Shown one piece after another: positions 51,974 through 64,000 of a stretch of DNA of 64,000 nucleotides. The stretch is from Vermamoeba vermiformis (lineage: Eukaryota). The stretch covers positions 186,001 through 250,000 of the forward strand of contig JBEWZL010000179.1 in the NCBI GenBank assembly GCA_045837725.1, read 5' to 3'. The notes beneath the pieces were generated by a model that was given only the letters and a program-made list of their open reading frames with translations, did no database searches and was not told the origin of the DNA. The stretch's first letter is position 1. Each line of letters opens with the position of its first letter. The position numbers were made by a program, and so were the translations under genes.

Positions 51974-54900
51974 ATGGAGTACCTACCCGAGCTGCCATAT
52001 AGCAACAAGACCTCGCTGCAAGATGAAGCACGCGATAATGTTGCTAAAGTAATCCATGGTCTGGAAGAGGCGCTTCGCGTGCACGATTATCATCGCGGCA
52101 CTACATATTATATTAGAGGGCTTAACACATGTTTGGATCAGAAGATCGCACTCTCCGCGAAAGAAAGGGAGCAGATTTGTCAGGTTCTTTGGAAAACTTT
52201 CCAACAGCCTGATCTGAGTTTGCATATTCAAACCAAAGTGGCGAACGTATTAGCACGAATTTTGAAGCAAGTATCTCCATTATTTCAATTTCTTAAGCCA
52301 CCTAATAATGAGTCACTATATTTATTAAAAATATTTTTTACCAAATTAGGAAATCAAATAAGAAACCAGACGTCGCATTCAATTTCACAGTGTCATGGAG
52401 ACCTGTGTACGATATATTGCGACAAGTTCACTTTCGCAAGTGGTTTGTACCTGAGTACAACGGTCCCGCAATCAAAATGTAAGCCAGCGGTTGACAGGTG
52501 TCATCCAGTGACTGACGCGTGAACAGGTCGCACACCAGAGCCATCAAAAATCTCGTCAGACATCTCCGAGCTCGCTTTGACGTCAATGCCGGCAGTGAAT
52601 TGTTGCACGAATTCAGCGGCCTCATGTCGTCACGTGACAACACATTGTTCCGCGCACAGATCGTGCTGACACTGCTGTACCCTACGCGTCACATCGGCAA
52701 TGACACGCAGCACACTGAGCAGTGGCACGTGTTCATCGATCGCTGTTTGGACTGGTGGGAACTCGTGGGTGAGTACTGACGATGACACTTGCCTAATATG
52801 GTAACTGACAGCAGCGACAGACAACAGTCTGGGCTGGGACTACAGCTTCATCGCACTGCTCGCGCGCATTGCCAAGCATCAAGTGGCGTGTGTGCACTGG
52901 ACGCAACCGCAAGTGGCGCGAATCTTTGCGCGCATAATTAAGATGACCGGTGAGCAGTTGAATGATGACTATATTTGGCAATGACCACGACTTATTGTGC
53001 AAATTACAGACTTGGCTCTCGGCAACACGCAGCTGCAACACGTGAAACAACACGTGCCCAATGACTGTCGGCTGTTTTTGCCACGTGACATCAGCTATGC
53101 CGCATTCTCCAAAATAGGCAAGTTCCTGGCCTATGCGGTAGATCACGGCGATCACGTGCTCGACAACACCGCGCAGTTGATGTCACAGCTGCGCACGTAC
53201 TACCAGCCCGTCAACCAGGGCAGTTGGACCACCAAGCTGTCCACGCTGTTGCTCGCCGTCACGCAGCACTTCACGCACCGATTGAGTCAGCCGAGTGTGC
53301 CCGCACCTGAGACCAGTGCCAGCATGGTGCAGTTGTTGTTGCCACTTGCCACCAGTCAGTTGTACTCCTCGCAACATGGGGCTAGTCGTGCCGCGGTGCA
53401 ATGCTTGAAGTATCTCAGCTGTAAGTGCCGCTAAAAATAGCTCTCCAATCAGCACTCACGCCTTCGCAGATCTCGATGCAGCACTGGTGTTTCAAGCCCT
53501 GGTCGATCGATTCTATTTTGCACTGGAGACGCTGAATGCGGTACGGCACACTTTTGAGATCTATTTATAGAGCTGACTGACACGTGACAGGCCCAACAAC
53601 TGGGACCCACCCTCGATGCTCTGAGTGCCATGTTAGAGTCGCTGATTCTGAACCGTCGCAATGGTGTCAGTCACGTGGAGGGTGACAGCAATCTCGTGAC
53701 GCATCTCGCGGACTTTTTGTTCCACATCTTGCCAGCCATTGACACCAATGACCCGCAGAAGACTTATTCCGCCTTCAAGTTTTATTATGGTATTGAATGC
53801 CGTTCATGAATCTTTCTTCTCATTCTATTTTTAGCCTTTTTACTTGCGGTGCCACTCGTGCAGGAGACCAGTGCCAGCAACTCTTTGTCAGCTATTGATC
53901 AGCAGCGGCAAAATGTCACTGCTGTGTTCCCTGAGTGGGCGATGCTATTTTTGGACAAAACTTTCACTTACGTACGTACTCGTTTGCTGATTGGCGCAGT
54001 GGTTGACACGTGTCATTTGCAGCTCAGCAACAAGACCAAACCACCCAAAAAACCGTCGTATCAAGAACAGCTGTTCACTTTGGTGTTCACGGTATGACAC
54101 GACCATATATAAGGCGGACCTCAACTAAATCACGTGACTCAGAACACGTGCGACCTCTTCTTCGCGCAGTCCTCCGATGAAATCTACACTGCCGCACTCA
54201 CCAAACTGCTCGACTTCATTGCCAATGAATTTGCTCTCAATGCCACCGCGGAGGTCTGTATTTGACAGCTGTCATCTGAAAATCGTTGCAAAGATTTACT
54301 TAATTTGGCAGTTCTCCATCATGCTGGCAGCAGCAGTGCGTGGGCGTCCTTCAGAGGCCTATCCGCGCGTGATGCAACGACTGCTGTCACGTGTGCTCGA
54401 TGACGATGAGCCCTCGCTCGAACATCAGAGTGCGGAACAACTCCAGTGGTTCACTGAACTCATTGCTGGGGCCTCCTCGCAAGCCGGTGCAGCCGTCTTG
54501 CCCTTCAGGCACGTGACATTTCTGTCTTCGCGCTCACTGACCTATTTTTAGAACACCACTCACGCGCTTGCTGTCACTGACACTCAATGACACGCGCAAA
54601 TCTGTCATCGAAGTTGGTGCCACTCTGTTGACAGGTGTCATCAAGGGTGTTGCGCACTACTGGCCCAATGATTTCCGCTCGTTGCCACCCTCGTTGTGGC
54701 ACTCTGCCACGCCGAAAGTTAGTCTTTGGTGTCACCGCACGGACAAGGCTGAAATTTCGTGGCATGTCCCCTCAGCGGAAGAACTCGCATTCGCTGGTGA
54801 AGTGCTCACCGCCGTGGCTCGTCCCGCCATGACGCGCTTGCAGAAAGGTTTGGACGAGCAAATTGCCTTATTTGGCAGCCACCACAAATTCACCACGTGG

Positions 54901-57900
54901 CGAGATTTGCATCACGTGCTCACAGTGGTGCGCAGTGGCAGCACAGTACTGCGAGCTGAACGACGCGATCTGGATGACGAGTGAGTTACCATATTTAGCA
55001 CATTATTCCGCCATACTGACCTCTCAGCAGCCAAGAGTGGACCGCGCACAAAGGACTCACTGAACTGCGCGAGATCACGTGGTACCACGGATACGAGCAC
55101 GGTGTGGACGGTGCGTCTAAATTTAGCCGCAGACAGTCAACTGACACTTTGACAGCTGCAGATCATCCTCTGCGCGAAGACATGCTGGCCCTGGTTGATG
55201 GCCTCATTCAAGCGCACGTGTCACGAGGTCAAAGTGACACTTCGCCTGACGCGTTGGTTGAGTTGCTAAAATTAGCTACCACACTGTTGACGCACGGGCC
55301 CAACACGCACAAGGTACGGTGCTATAATTAGCTGACGATGGCACTGACTCGTGGCAGAATGTGACACGTGTCAGAATGCGATACTCAATTTGGAGAGCCA
55401 CGTGGAGCCCCAAAGAACTGAATGTCAAAGTGCCACTGCCACGTCACCTGCAAGCGATGCGCGCGCACTACCGTCACGTGACACGCGTGCCCGAAATAGG
55501 TCCTTTGCGCCACTCCAAGTCACGTGACTGTCTCGCATCGGTGGTGGCACTCGCTGGCACGGATTGGCAGGTGTTCAGCCCCCTGAGCAACAAGTTGACA
55601 TCTGCTGTCAAACGACCTGCTGCGCTGAGTGCCGTACTGCCAGGTAAATAGTTGCAATGACAATCATAGTATTAACGCTGCTATTTTTAGATCTGCTGCA
55701 CATTCTGTCCAGTGCTGGTAAGTGATCGCTCTCCAGCAAAAGCTGTTCTAATCTATTTTTAGACACCACGGAAGATCGTGTCAAAATGTCAGTCCACGTG
55801 CTCAAAGACAGTGGCGTGTTGAAGCGCGTGTCACACGAGTGGAAGTGGCGCGCAGAATTGTTGCAACACTTGCTGCACGCCGATGTGCACACCGATGCCC
55901 TGATTCAACTGCAAATATTCGAATTGTTCGCCAAATTTGCAGCTAGTTTGTATCACTTGCCACTCACAACGGACACTGCCCTGGTGGAAGATGTCAAACT
56001 CCGAGAGCTACTCGTGCAGCGGAACAACTCCGTTCTGAAAGCTTTTGTCGGCTTGGTACGTTGCAGATGACATTTCCATATTTGGCTAACGAATCATTGC
56101 ACTAGTTTGAATCCCTTGTGTCTGTGTTGGACAAGCCGAATCTCCATTGGAGATATGAACTGTTTGTGGTGGCATCGATCGTTCTGCTCGCGCAACGCTT
56201 GCCCGACGAATTCCCAGTTGCCATTTTAGGCAAGTACTGCCACGTAGGACCGTAGAAGCAAGAACTAACAGGCTTTCACAGAACGGCTGGTCACGTGGCT
56301 GTTGGACCAATGTCAGCACAATCTCCCTGTCATTCGGTCACTGGCTGTCAAAGCTGTCTCAGCTCTGTTGATTGCACATCAGCAAAGACATCACGTGACT
56401 GCTGCTCCTTGGAAGCCGAGATTACCTTCCTTATTTGGCACTTCGAGACCCCTCACTTCACCGCTGCATGCCGTGCTGACCTCGTGCGTTGAACGGAAGC
56501 TGTCAAGTGTCAAACAGGTGACTGCGCTATTGACTTTGTTTGACCAAGACCACGCGACTCAGGTACGAACTTGCCTAATTTAGCAATGTCCAGTGCACTA
56601 ACTGTGCCCAGACGAGCGAAGAGCCGCAACAACAAATCGCGAGCATGATGAAGTCCAAGCTGAGCTGGGCCTCGAATGTCTTGGTAAGTCACGTGACTGT
56701 GCGTGCGAGTGCGCTACTGACACGTGTCAGAACATGAACTTGGACTTCTTGACGAGCGGTGACAGCAACAACAGCGACCAGGGCTCGGTGTTCAACAAGC
56801 TGTTGGAGGTGCAGCGTGACTGGGTGCACTTCAAATCTCCGCTGGCACGTGACACCTCCGAACACTCGCAATTCTCCGTGCTGTTTGCCTCCTTCTGGTA
56901 CAATGTAGCACGTGTCTTCAGCGCCAACAATAATTCCGCCTGGTTCACGCAAGTCGTACATCCTATTTTGGAATCACGGCTGAATTCCAACGACGTGTCA
57001 CGCGCTAGCAGATGTGTGACAGCGGAATTACTCGCAGGTCTGACACGTGCATTGACAGCAGATCACGTGGCTCGCAACGACGCGCAGCTAATCACGTGGT
57101 GGAGTGCGGTGCATCGCCGATCACTCGATGTCGATGACGTGGATGATTGGTCCGCTGCATTGAGATATTCCGCGCACCATCGCGACCCTGCGCGCTTTGA
57201 ATTCCTAATTAAGAGCGTGCTGTCACCAAGGCCCTTGGACGTCGAATCCAGTTCTTTGGAGCACGTGAAGCAGTTGAATCTGATTGGTGCGTTGTTGCCC
57301 GAACACTCGTGGCTGGCACTCAGCTACGCGACTGAACTGCTGCACTATCTCGCGGAACATTTGACGCACGTGAACAAACTGGTTCGCTTGGAAATAGCGT
57401 CATTGCTTAATTTGGTAAGTGGGGTAGTGCGTTGCAACGAGTGTTGCTAATATTGGCAAAGATTGCAGGAATTTACGAACAATCAGCGGTGCATGCCCCC
57501 CACGTGCCGGTGGAAAGGTAAGAGCACGACAACAGCGATAGCCACTGACCTCCTCGCAGCTTCAAACAGTTCATGCACCAGTTGATTGCGCGCCTGGACC
57601 AGTCTGAGGCTCTGAACGACACTGACAGCAAAGCGATGAGTGAACAAGCGCGGTAAGTGACACGTGTCAAACAGCGTGTCAGAGCTAATGTTTCACGGAT
57701 AGATTCAAAGAGACGATTGTCAATGTGATTCACAAGGCCGTAGCGCACAACAACGCAGCCCCGTTGATGCCCTACTTGTCGCGCTTGTTGGTGGCACTGT
57801 TCGCGCACGCGGTGGACCAGAACGAGGACGTGAAGAATTCTGCGCGCAAGACACTGCTGCTCGTGGCACAGACCAGTGTGAAGCAACCCTACTTGGACGA

Positions 57901-58453
57901 GTACATTGCGGCTATTGAAGCCATCAGTCGCAGCAACAACTTCCAAGTGCGCAAGACGTTGTTGCTCTTCACGCAGATTATGGTCTTCAATCACGCCTAC
58001 TCCCTCAGCCAACAGCAGATCCACGCCCTGCTGCGCGTCATCACTGGCTTGCTCTATGACTTGCGCGTTGAAGTCGCAGACACCGCACGAGTAGCATTGT
58101 CCTCGTTCATCAAGTCCATTGCCCCACGCATCCAGGTCGCAGATCTGATCGCTCAGTTTGCAGCGCAGTTAGCTGCCGAGGGAACTGAAACTCGACTTGG
58201 AGCTGCACTTGGATTGCGAGGAGTCATTGAAAGCTATCCATACGATGTACCTGAATGGATGCCTGCAGCGCTCACCAAGCTCGTGGCGTACTTGCGCGAC
58301 AAGAACAGCAACATCCGGCAAAGTGTCAATGATGGCTTGCAAGAGTTCTGGAGAACGCACAGGGATGACTGGGAGCTCAACTTCAAGAACAAGTTCACTA
58401 CCGCTCAGATCAATGCTATTCAGCAGCGAACGAGCACTTCTTACTATGCCTAA
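51974..58453 (+). CDS. PSME4: Proteasome activator PA200/Blm10; multi-exon
   Basis: LPAIDTNDPQKT, ISWHVPSAEE, and C-terminal ESYPYDVPEWMP...EFWRTHRDDW...SYYA* (HbYX-type YYA tail). Confidence 0.92.
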
Positions 58454-58503
58454 ATAGTTTGATTGATCTGTAGATCGAGTTTTATTTACAATTACAAAGT
58501 TGT

Positions 58504-58923
58504 TTATTTCTTTTTTGAAGGCGGCGATACAGTATTGCTTGTGCTGGCAATCTTATCTTGCGGTATCATCTTCAAATTTTTATAAAGCAGGACGTTATTG
58601 GTCGTTCCTTTTGGGATAGATGTGGCTCCGTCTGGCAGCAAGCAAAATGAGAGTGTAGGATCTATCCCCCCAACAGCTTCATATTTAATTCCAATTGTTT
58701 TTGTCCCCTCAATATTGACTGGGTATACTTTGATATTATTCGTGTTGTTAGCTGCAAAGCAGTCGTGGATGCTATCATTTTCATTGCTCTTTAACATCTT
58801 GCGCTTAGAAAAACATTCACTAGCAGCTTGAGAGAATGAGTGCATGATCCCGTCGTGAGTAAACATTTTTTTGCGATCATCCAGCCACTCCGGGATGGAA
58901 TACCACAAAGAGACGCTCGTCAT
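58504..58923 (-). CDS. Hypothetical protein; may have upstream exon(s)
   Basis: 139-aa open frame in AT-rich DNA, convergent with PSME4; no recognisable motif. Confidence 0.35.
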   Translation of the reverse strand: MTSVSLWYSIPEWLDDRKKMFTHDGIMHSFSQAASECFSKRKMLKSNENDSIHDCFAANNTNNIKVYPVNIEGTKTIGIKYEAVGGIDPTLSFCLLPDGATSIPKGTTNNVLLYKNLKMIPQDKIASTSNTVSPPSKKK

Positions 58924-59459
58924 TCACTAAATTGTAAATACAGGCACTATAGTAAGGCTTATTGTTACCTATTTATCAACCGTTTCATTTAGTAATGGCC
59001 CAACGGAGATTGATTTACCATGATTGCGTTTGACATAAAAGTCCGAAATTGATGGTAAATTCCCACCTCGGACCGAGAGTTTTCCATCGAGTGATGCATG
59101 TTAACATTGCTGTAGAGGGCTTGGATCCACCCTCGTACTGCGACGGTTACTTCTCAGACAGGTTTGTTCAACAAAAAAGTTTATCGCAAGACAAAAATTG
59201 AGTCATATATTACAGGCAGTTGTTTGTGAGTGACGTATAGACAGAGTTTGTTCAATTGGGTGGGAGGGGCCGCGAACCAGGCCAACAGTGCTCAACTACA
59301 CATCATGCATCATAATGTGGTTCGAGCACGTGGGGCTCTAAGTCCGTGCCTCGGTGTTGTGAGGGGGTAGTACATTATTGGTTCGCTGTACCAGGCACGA
59401 GGACCAAGTACATGAGGGGCTGGGGTGAAGTTGATTGAGGGGGTGTTAAATAATATTGA

Positions 59460-60006
59460 CTACTTGTTGGCAGTAGCAGCCATCTTATCGAGTTCAGCTT
59501 GAATCGCTTCGACGGTCTCGCTCACCACAATGTCGAGTTGTTGTAGCGCATCCGTGGCCTCTGTCACGTTACCGTCTTTGCAGGCTATTTCAATGGTAAA
59601 TGCCAATGTTTGCAGCTGTCAATAAAGGGAGTTAAAATGAATGTTACTCGAGTAACAAATGAACAGCGGAAAACTGGTGTTTGTGCGACAGATTCAAGGA
59701 CGCGTGTCAAGATCAAGAATAAATAGGGTTGCAAAACACAAATTACATAAAAAACAAATGCACGTAGTCGCTCTAATTGCGTACCCTTTTAGCAGCAACA
59801 GAGCGGGCTGCTCCTTTAATTGTGTGGGCTTGAACTTCGGCTTCCATACGCAAATCTCTTGCAAGGAAACGCTTTAAAGTACCAATATCTTCAGGTATTT
59901 GTTGCATGAATGACTTCAATATTTCTTCTGCAATTTCTGCATCTCCTCCTGTAATATCATTCAATTCGTCAATACAAATAATTTCGTCTCCTCCTTCGTC
60001 AGCCAT
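59460..60006 (-). CDS. Histidine phosphotransfer (Hpt) protein; 2 exons
   Basis: ELNDITGGDAEIAEEILKSF and the phospho-His motif AHTIKGAARSVAA. Exon 2 reads LQTLAFTIE...AATANK*. Confidence 0.88.
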
Positions 60007-60525
60007 GATAATAATAGTGCTGGGTGATTTTGAATTAATTATTGGTGATAGACTGTCAGTGAATGGTTGCCAATTAGACTGTCAAGTAATAATTATGCAG
60101 GTTGAGAGAATGATGCGTATTGAAATAAGCAGTAATTGGAAGTCTGAAGGGAGTCTTTGGAACCAATTACTTATTGTAGTTACTTCAATACTTTGAGCGA
60201 AGAACAGCAAAATTTTTTTGTTGGGTATATCCTGGAGAATCGGTAAACGATCGAGATACACGCGAAATCTCGTGCAGCTATCTCCGTTACAAACGGCGAA
60301 TCACATGATTTTCTCGGCTTGCAAAGAAAGAACACAAACTCAATGGCTGCCGTAGAAATTTGGCTTGTGGGTTTTGGTACTGCCTGCGGTTTATTTTATT
60401 TTATTAACAACCGTCAAGCACCGTACAACCAGTCGGATCCGATCCAACGCTGCTTTCTCGTTCCATCAAACGATAAAATTAAACGCTAGACGCTTCGGAG
60501 GAACGAGTTTAGTTAAAACAAAACT
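60007..60525. promoter_or_regulatory. Putative bidirectional promoter between Hpt and the poly-HAMP kinase
   Basis: ~520 bp AT-rich spacer between divergent ATGs. Confidence 0.4.
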
Positions 60526-63500
60526 ATGGATCCTCTAGAATTATTGAAGGTAATCATTACGTTATTTTAATTTTGAATTATTTTGTTTTGTATTTATGCT
60601 GAAATGATATTGCAACAATTTTAATTCGAGTGTACCCTCATAAATCATAAAAAGAGACTGCTTGTTGATTCTGTTTCTGGATAATATAATAACTGCTTAA
60701 TCGTTAGTGCTTGCACGCACTCAGAGATGGAGACTTTTCAGTGCGGTTATCTGCCGCAAGTTCAGGAGCAGCCAATGCTTTACCAGATGATATTTCACGC
60801 GAGATCGCAGCAGCTTTTAATGATGTAGCCTCCAGACATCAAGCTTTATTATCAGAATTACAACGAGTAAGCACAGCAGTTGGCAAAGAAGGAATTATTA
60901 CAGAACGAATGGACATGCATCCACTGGGAGACGACGAAAAACCTATTCAATTAGAAGGAGATTGGTCGGAGTGCTTTGAATCAATCAACGTATTAGTAGA
61001 AGACTTGACTAGACCCACTACCGAAGTTGTAGGCGTGGTTGAAGCAGTCGCCAGAGGAGATTTGACAAAAACAATGAGATTGGATTCAACCGGTATCCCT
61101 CTGAAAGGTAATTGACAGCAAATACTGCATCAATTCCTTAATTTCTGTTCTTTCGATTGTACTAACCGACATTTTGCCAGGTGAATTCTTGCGAATGGGT
61201 GTCGTGGTCAACACCATGGTCAGCGAGCTCAAGGTGTTCGCTTCTGAAGTCACTCGTGTGGCCCGCGAAGTCGGTGTCGAAGGCAAGCTCGGCGGTCAAG
61301 CCAACGTGAAGGGCGTTGCTGGCACTTGGAAAGATCTCACAGACAGTGTCAACATTATGGCTGCCAACTTGACCTCTCAAGTACGTGCCATTGCCGAAGT
61401 CACAACTGCAGTTGCTCGAGGCGACTTATCAAAGAAAATCACAGCCGACGTGCGAGGCGAGATTTTAGAACTTAAGAACACAATCAACACGATGGTCGAT
61501 CAGTTGAACTCTTTTGCTTCTGAAGTCACTCGTGTCGCTCTAGAAGTAGGAACTCAAGGCAAACTTGGTGGCCAAGCCAACGTCAAGGGCGTAGACGGAA
61601 TTTGGAAAGATCTCACTGACAATGTAAATATTATGGCTGCCAACTTGACTTCCCAAGTCAGAGCTATTGCTAAGGTTGCTACCGCCGTCGCCAACGGAGA
61701 TTTATCGAAGAAGATTACTATCGACGTACATGGAGAGATCTTAGAGCTCAAGAACACCATCAACACGATGGTCGACCAGTTGAGTACCTTTGCTCGAGAA
61801 GTCACTCGTGTCGCTCTTGAAGTCGGAACAGAAGGCAAACTCGGTGGCCAGGCTGTAGTGAAAGGAGTTGGTGGAACCTGGAAAGATCTCACTGACAATG
61901 TAAATATTATGGCCGCCAACTTGACCTCTCAAGTACGTGCCATTGCCGAAGTAGCCACTGCTGTCGCCAACGGAGATTTATCGAAGAAGATTGCCATCGA
62001 CGTGCACGGAGAGATCTTAGAGCTCAAGAACACCATCAACACGATGGTCGACCAGTTGAGTACCTTCGCCCGAGAAGTCACTCGTGTCGCCTTGGAAGTA
62101 GGAACAGAAGGCAAGCTCGGTGGTCAAGCCATTGTGAAAGGTGTTGGTGGAACCTGGAAGGATCTTACTGACAACGTCAACATTATGGCTGCCAACTTGA
62201 CTTCTCAGGTCAGAGCTATTGCTGAAGTAGCCACTGCTGTCGCCAACGGAGACTTGTCCAAGAAGATTACTATTAATGTCCATGGCGAGATTTTAGAGCT
62301 CAAGAACACCATCAACACGATGGTCGACCAGCTGAGTACCTTCGCCCGAGAAGTCACTCGTGTCGCTCTTGAAGTCGGAACAGAAGGCAAACTCGGCGGT
62401 CAAGCCATTGTGAAAGGCGTCGGTGGAACCTGGAAAGATCTCACAGACAACGTAAATACGATGGCTGCCAACTTGACCTCTCAGGTCAGAGCTATTGCTG
62501 AGGTAGCCACTGCTGTCGCCAATGGAGACTTGTCCAAGAAGATCACTATCGACGTACTCGGTGAGATTCTAGAACTTAAGAATACCATCAACACGATGGT
62601 CGACCAACTGAGTACCTTCGCCCGAGAAGTCACTCGTGTCGCCTTGGAAGTCGGAACAGAAGGCAAGCTCGGCGGTCAAGCCATTGTGAAAGGAGTTGGT
62701 GGAACCTGGAAAGATCTCACTGACAATGTGAATACGATGGCTGCCAACTTGACGGGACAGGTGCGTGCCATTGCCGAAGTGACAACCGCAGTAGCCAACG
62801 GAGACTTGTCCAAGAAGATTACGGCTGATGTCCAAGGAGAGATCTTGGAGTTGAAGAACACAATCAACACCATGGTCGACCAACTTAACACCTTCGCCCG
62901 AGAAGTCACTCGTGTCGCCTTGGAAGTCGGAACAGAAGGCAAACTCGGCGGTCAAGCCAACGTCAAGGGCGTCGGTGGAGTCTGGAAGGATCTCACTGAC
63001 AACGTCAACATTATGGCTGCCAACTTGACTTCTCAAGTACGTGCTATTGCTGAAGTCGCCACTGCAGTAGCCAACGGCGATCTTTCAAAGAAGATTACTA
63101 TCGACGTACTTGGTGAAATCTTGGAGTTGAAGAACACAATCAACACGATGGTCGACCAACTTAACACCTTTGCTCGAGAAGTCACTCGTGTCGCTTTAGA
63201 AGTCGGAACAGAAGGCAAACTTGGTGGCCAAGCCAACGTGAAAGGTGTTGGCGGAGTCTGGAAAGATCTAACCGACAATGTAAATATTATGGCTGCCAAC
63301 TTGACCTCTCAAGTCAGAACCATTGCCGAAGTGACAACCGCTGTTGCGAGGGGAGACTTGTCCAAGAAGATTACAGCTGACGTACGCGGTGAAATCTTGG
63401 AGTTGAAGAACACCATCAACACGATGGTCGATCAACTGAGTACCTTCGCCCGAGAAGTCACTCGTGTAGCCCGCGAAGTCGGCACAGAAGGCAAACTTGG

Positions 63501-64000
63501 TGGTCAAGCCAACGTCAAGGACGTGGCAGGCATTTGGAAGGGTCTTACCGACAATGTCAACACGATGGCTGCCAATCTAACGAACCAAGTACGTGCTATT
63601 GCTGAAGTAGCCACTGCTGTCGCCAACGGAGACTTGTCCAAGAAGATCACTATCGACGTACATGGAGAGATTCTAGAACTTAAGAACACCATCAACACCA
63701 TGGTCGATCAACTGAGTACCTTCGCTCGAGAAGTCACTCGTGTCGCTCTTGAAGTCGGAACAGAAGGCAAGCTCGGTGGCCAAGCCATTGTGAAAGGAGT
63801 TGGTGGAACCTGGAAAGATCTCACTGACAACGTCAACACGATGGCTGCAAACTTGACTTCTCAAGTACGCGCTATCGCTGAAGTCACCACTGCAGTAGCC
63901 AACGGCGATCTTTCAAAGAAGATTGCAGCTGATGTCCAAGGAGAGATCTTAGAGCTCAAGAACACCATCAACACGATGGTCGACCAGTTGAACTCTTTTG
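60526..64000 (+). CDS. Poly-HAMP sensor, N-terminal part of a group III (Nik1/Os-1-like) hybrid histidine kinase; runs off the window
   Basis: MDPLELLK micro-exon, then [13 protein letters not shown]. An open frame from ~61181 repeats [65 protein letters not shown]. The kinase core is not visible. Confidence 0.85.
61240..64000 (+). repeat. Coding tandem array of 276-bp (92-aa) HAMP repeats, at least 10 units
   Basis: GAAGTCACTCGTGT recurs every 276 nt (units begin near 61240, 61516, 61792, 62068, 62344, 62620, 62896, 63172, 63448 and 63724). Confidence 0.95.

Noticed and set aside
61240-64000. Regular repeat array as CRISPR or satellite DNA
   Set aside because: The 276-bp units are in-frame coding HAMP repeats with no unique spacers and no cas genes.
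1-64000. tRNA, rRNA, transposase or LTR/TIR elements
   Set aside because: None were recognised by eye. tRNAscan-SE, Infernal and RepeatModeler would be needed to exclude small ncRNAs, for example in the longer introns of NDUFA12, GDH or DDX21.

Overview
Gene-dense eukaryotic DNA with short (mostly ~40-60 nt) GT-AG introns and small intergenic spacers. The gene content suggests a free-living protist, plausibly an amoebozoan (inference). About 26 protein-coding genes can be supported. Housekeeping genes include a class V/XI-type myosin, DDX21-like helicase, NDUFA12, NDUFAF4-like, SERF, CCDC43-like, PA200/Blm10 and a CaMK-like kinase. A Furry-like protein carries an RGS-like domain, and an Hpt gene lies head-to-head with a poly-HAMP histidine kinase. 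The window is rich in nitrogen and ureide genes, and two systems stand out. (1) A roughly 1470-aa protein fuses the urea-carboxylase carboxyltransferase to the pyruvate-carboxylase carboxyltransferase and one biotin carrier, with no biotin-carboxylase domain. It is a candidate ATP-independent oxaloacetate:urea transcarboxylase, near GDH, a urea transporter and RidA. (2) A compact urate-catabolism cluster contains HIU hydrolase, an intron-containing bacterial-type FdrA(AllF)-YlbE(AllG/DUF1116) fusion, uricase and a PMP22/Mpv17-family protein. A second, divergent DUF1116 gene lies about 16 kb away. No rRNA, tRNA, CRISPR array or transposase was recognised. Exon boundaries were read by eye and family calls rest on motif recognition, not database searches.
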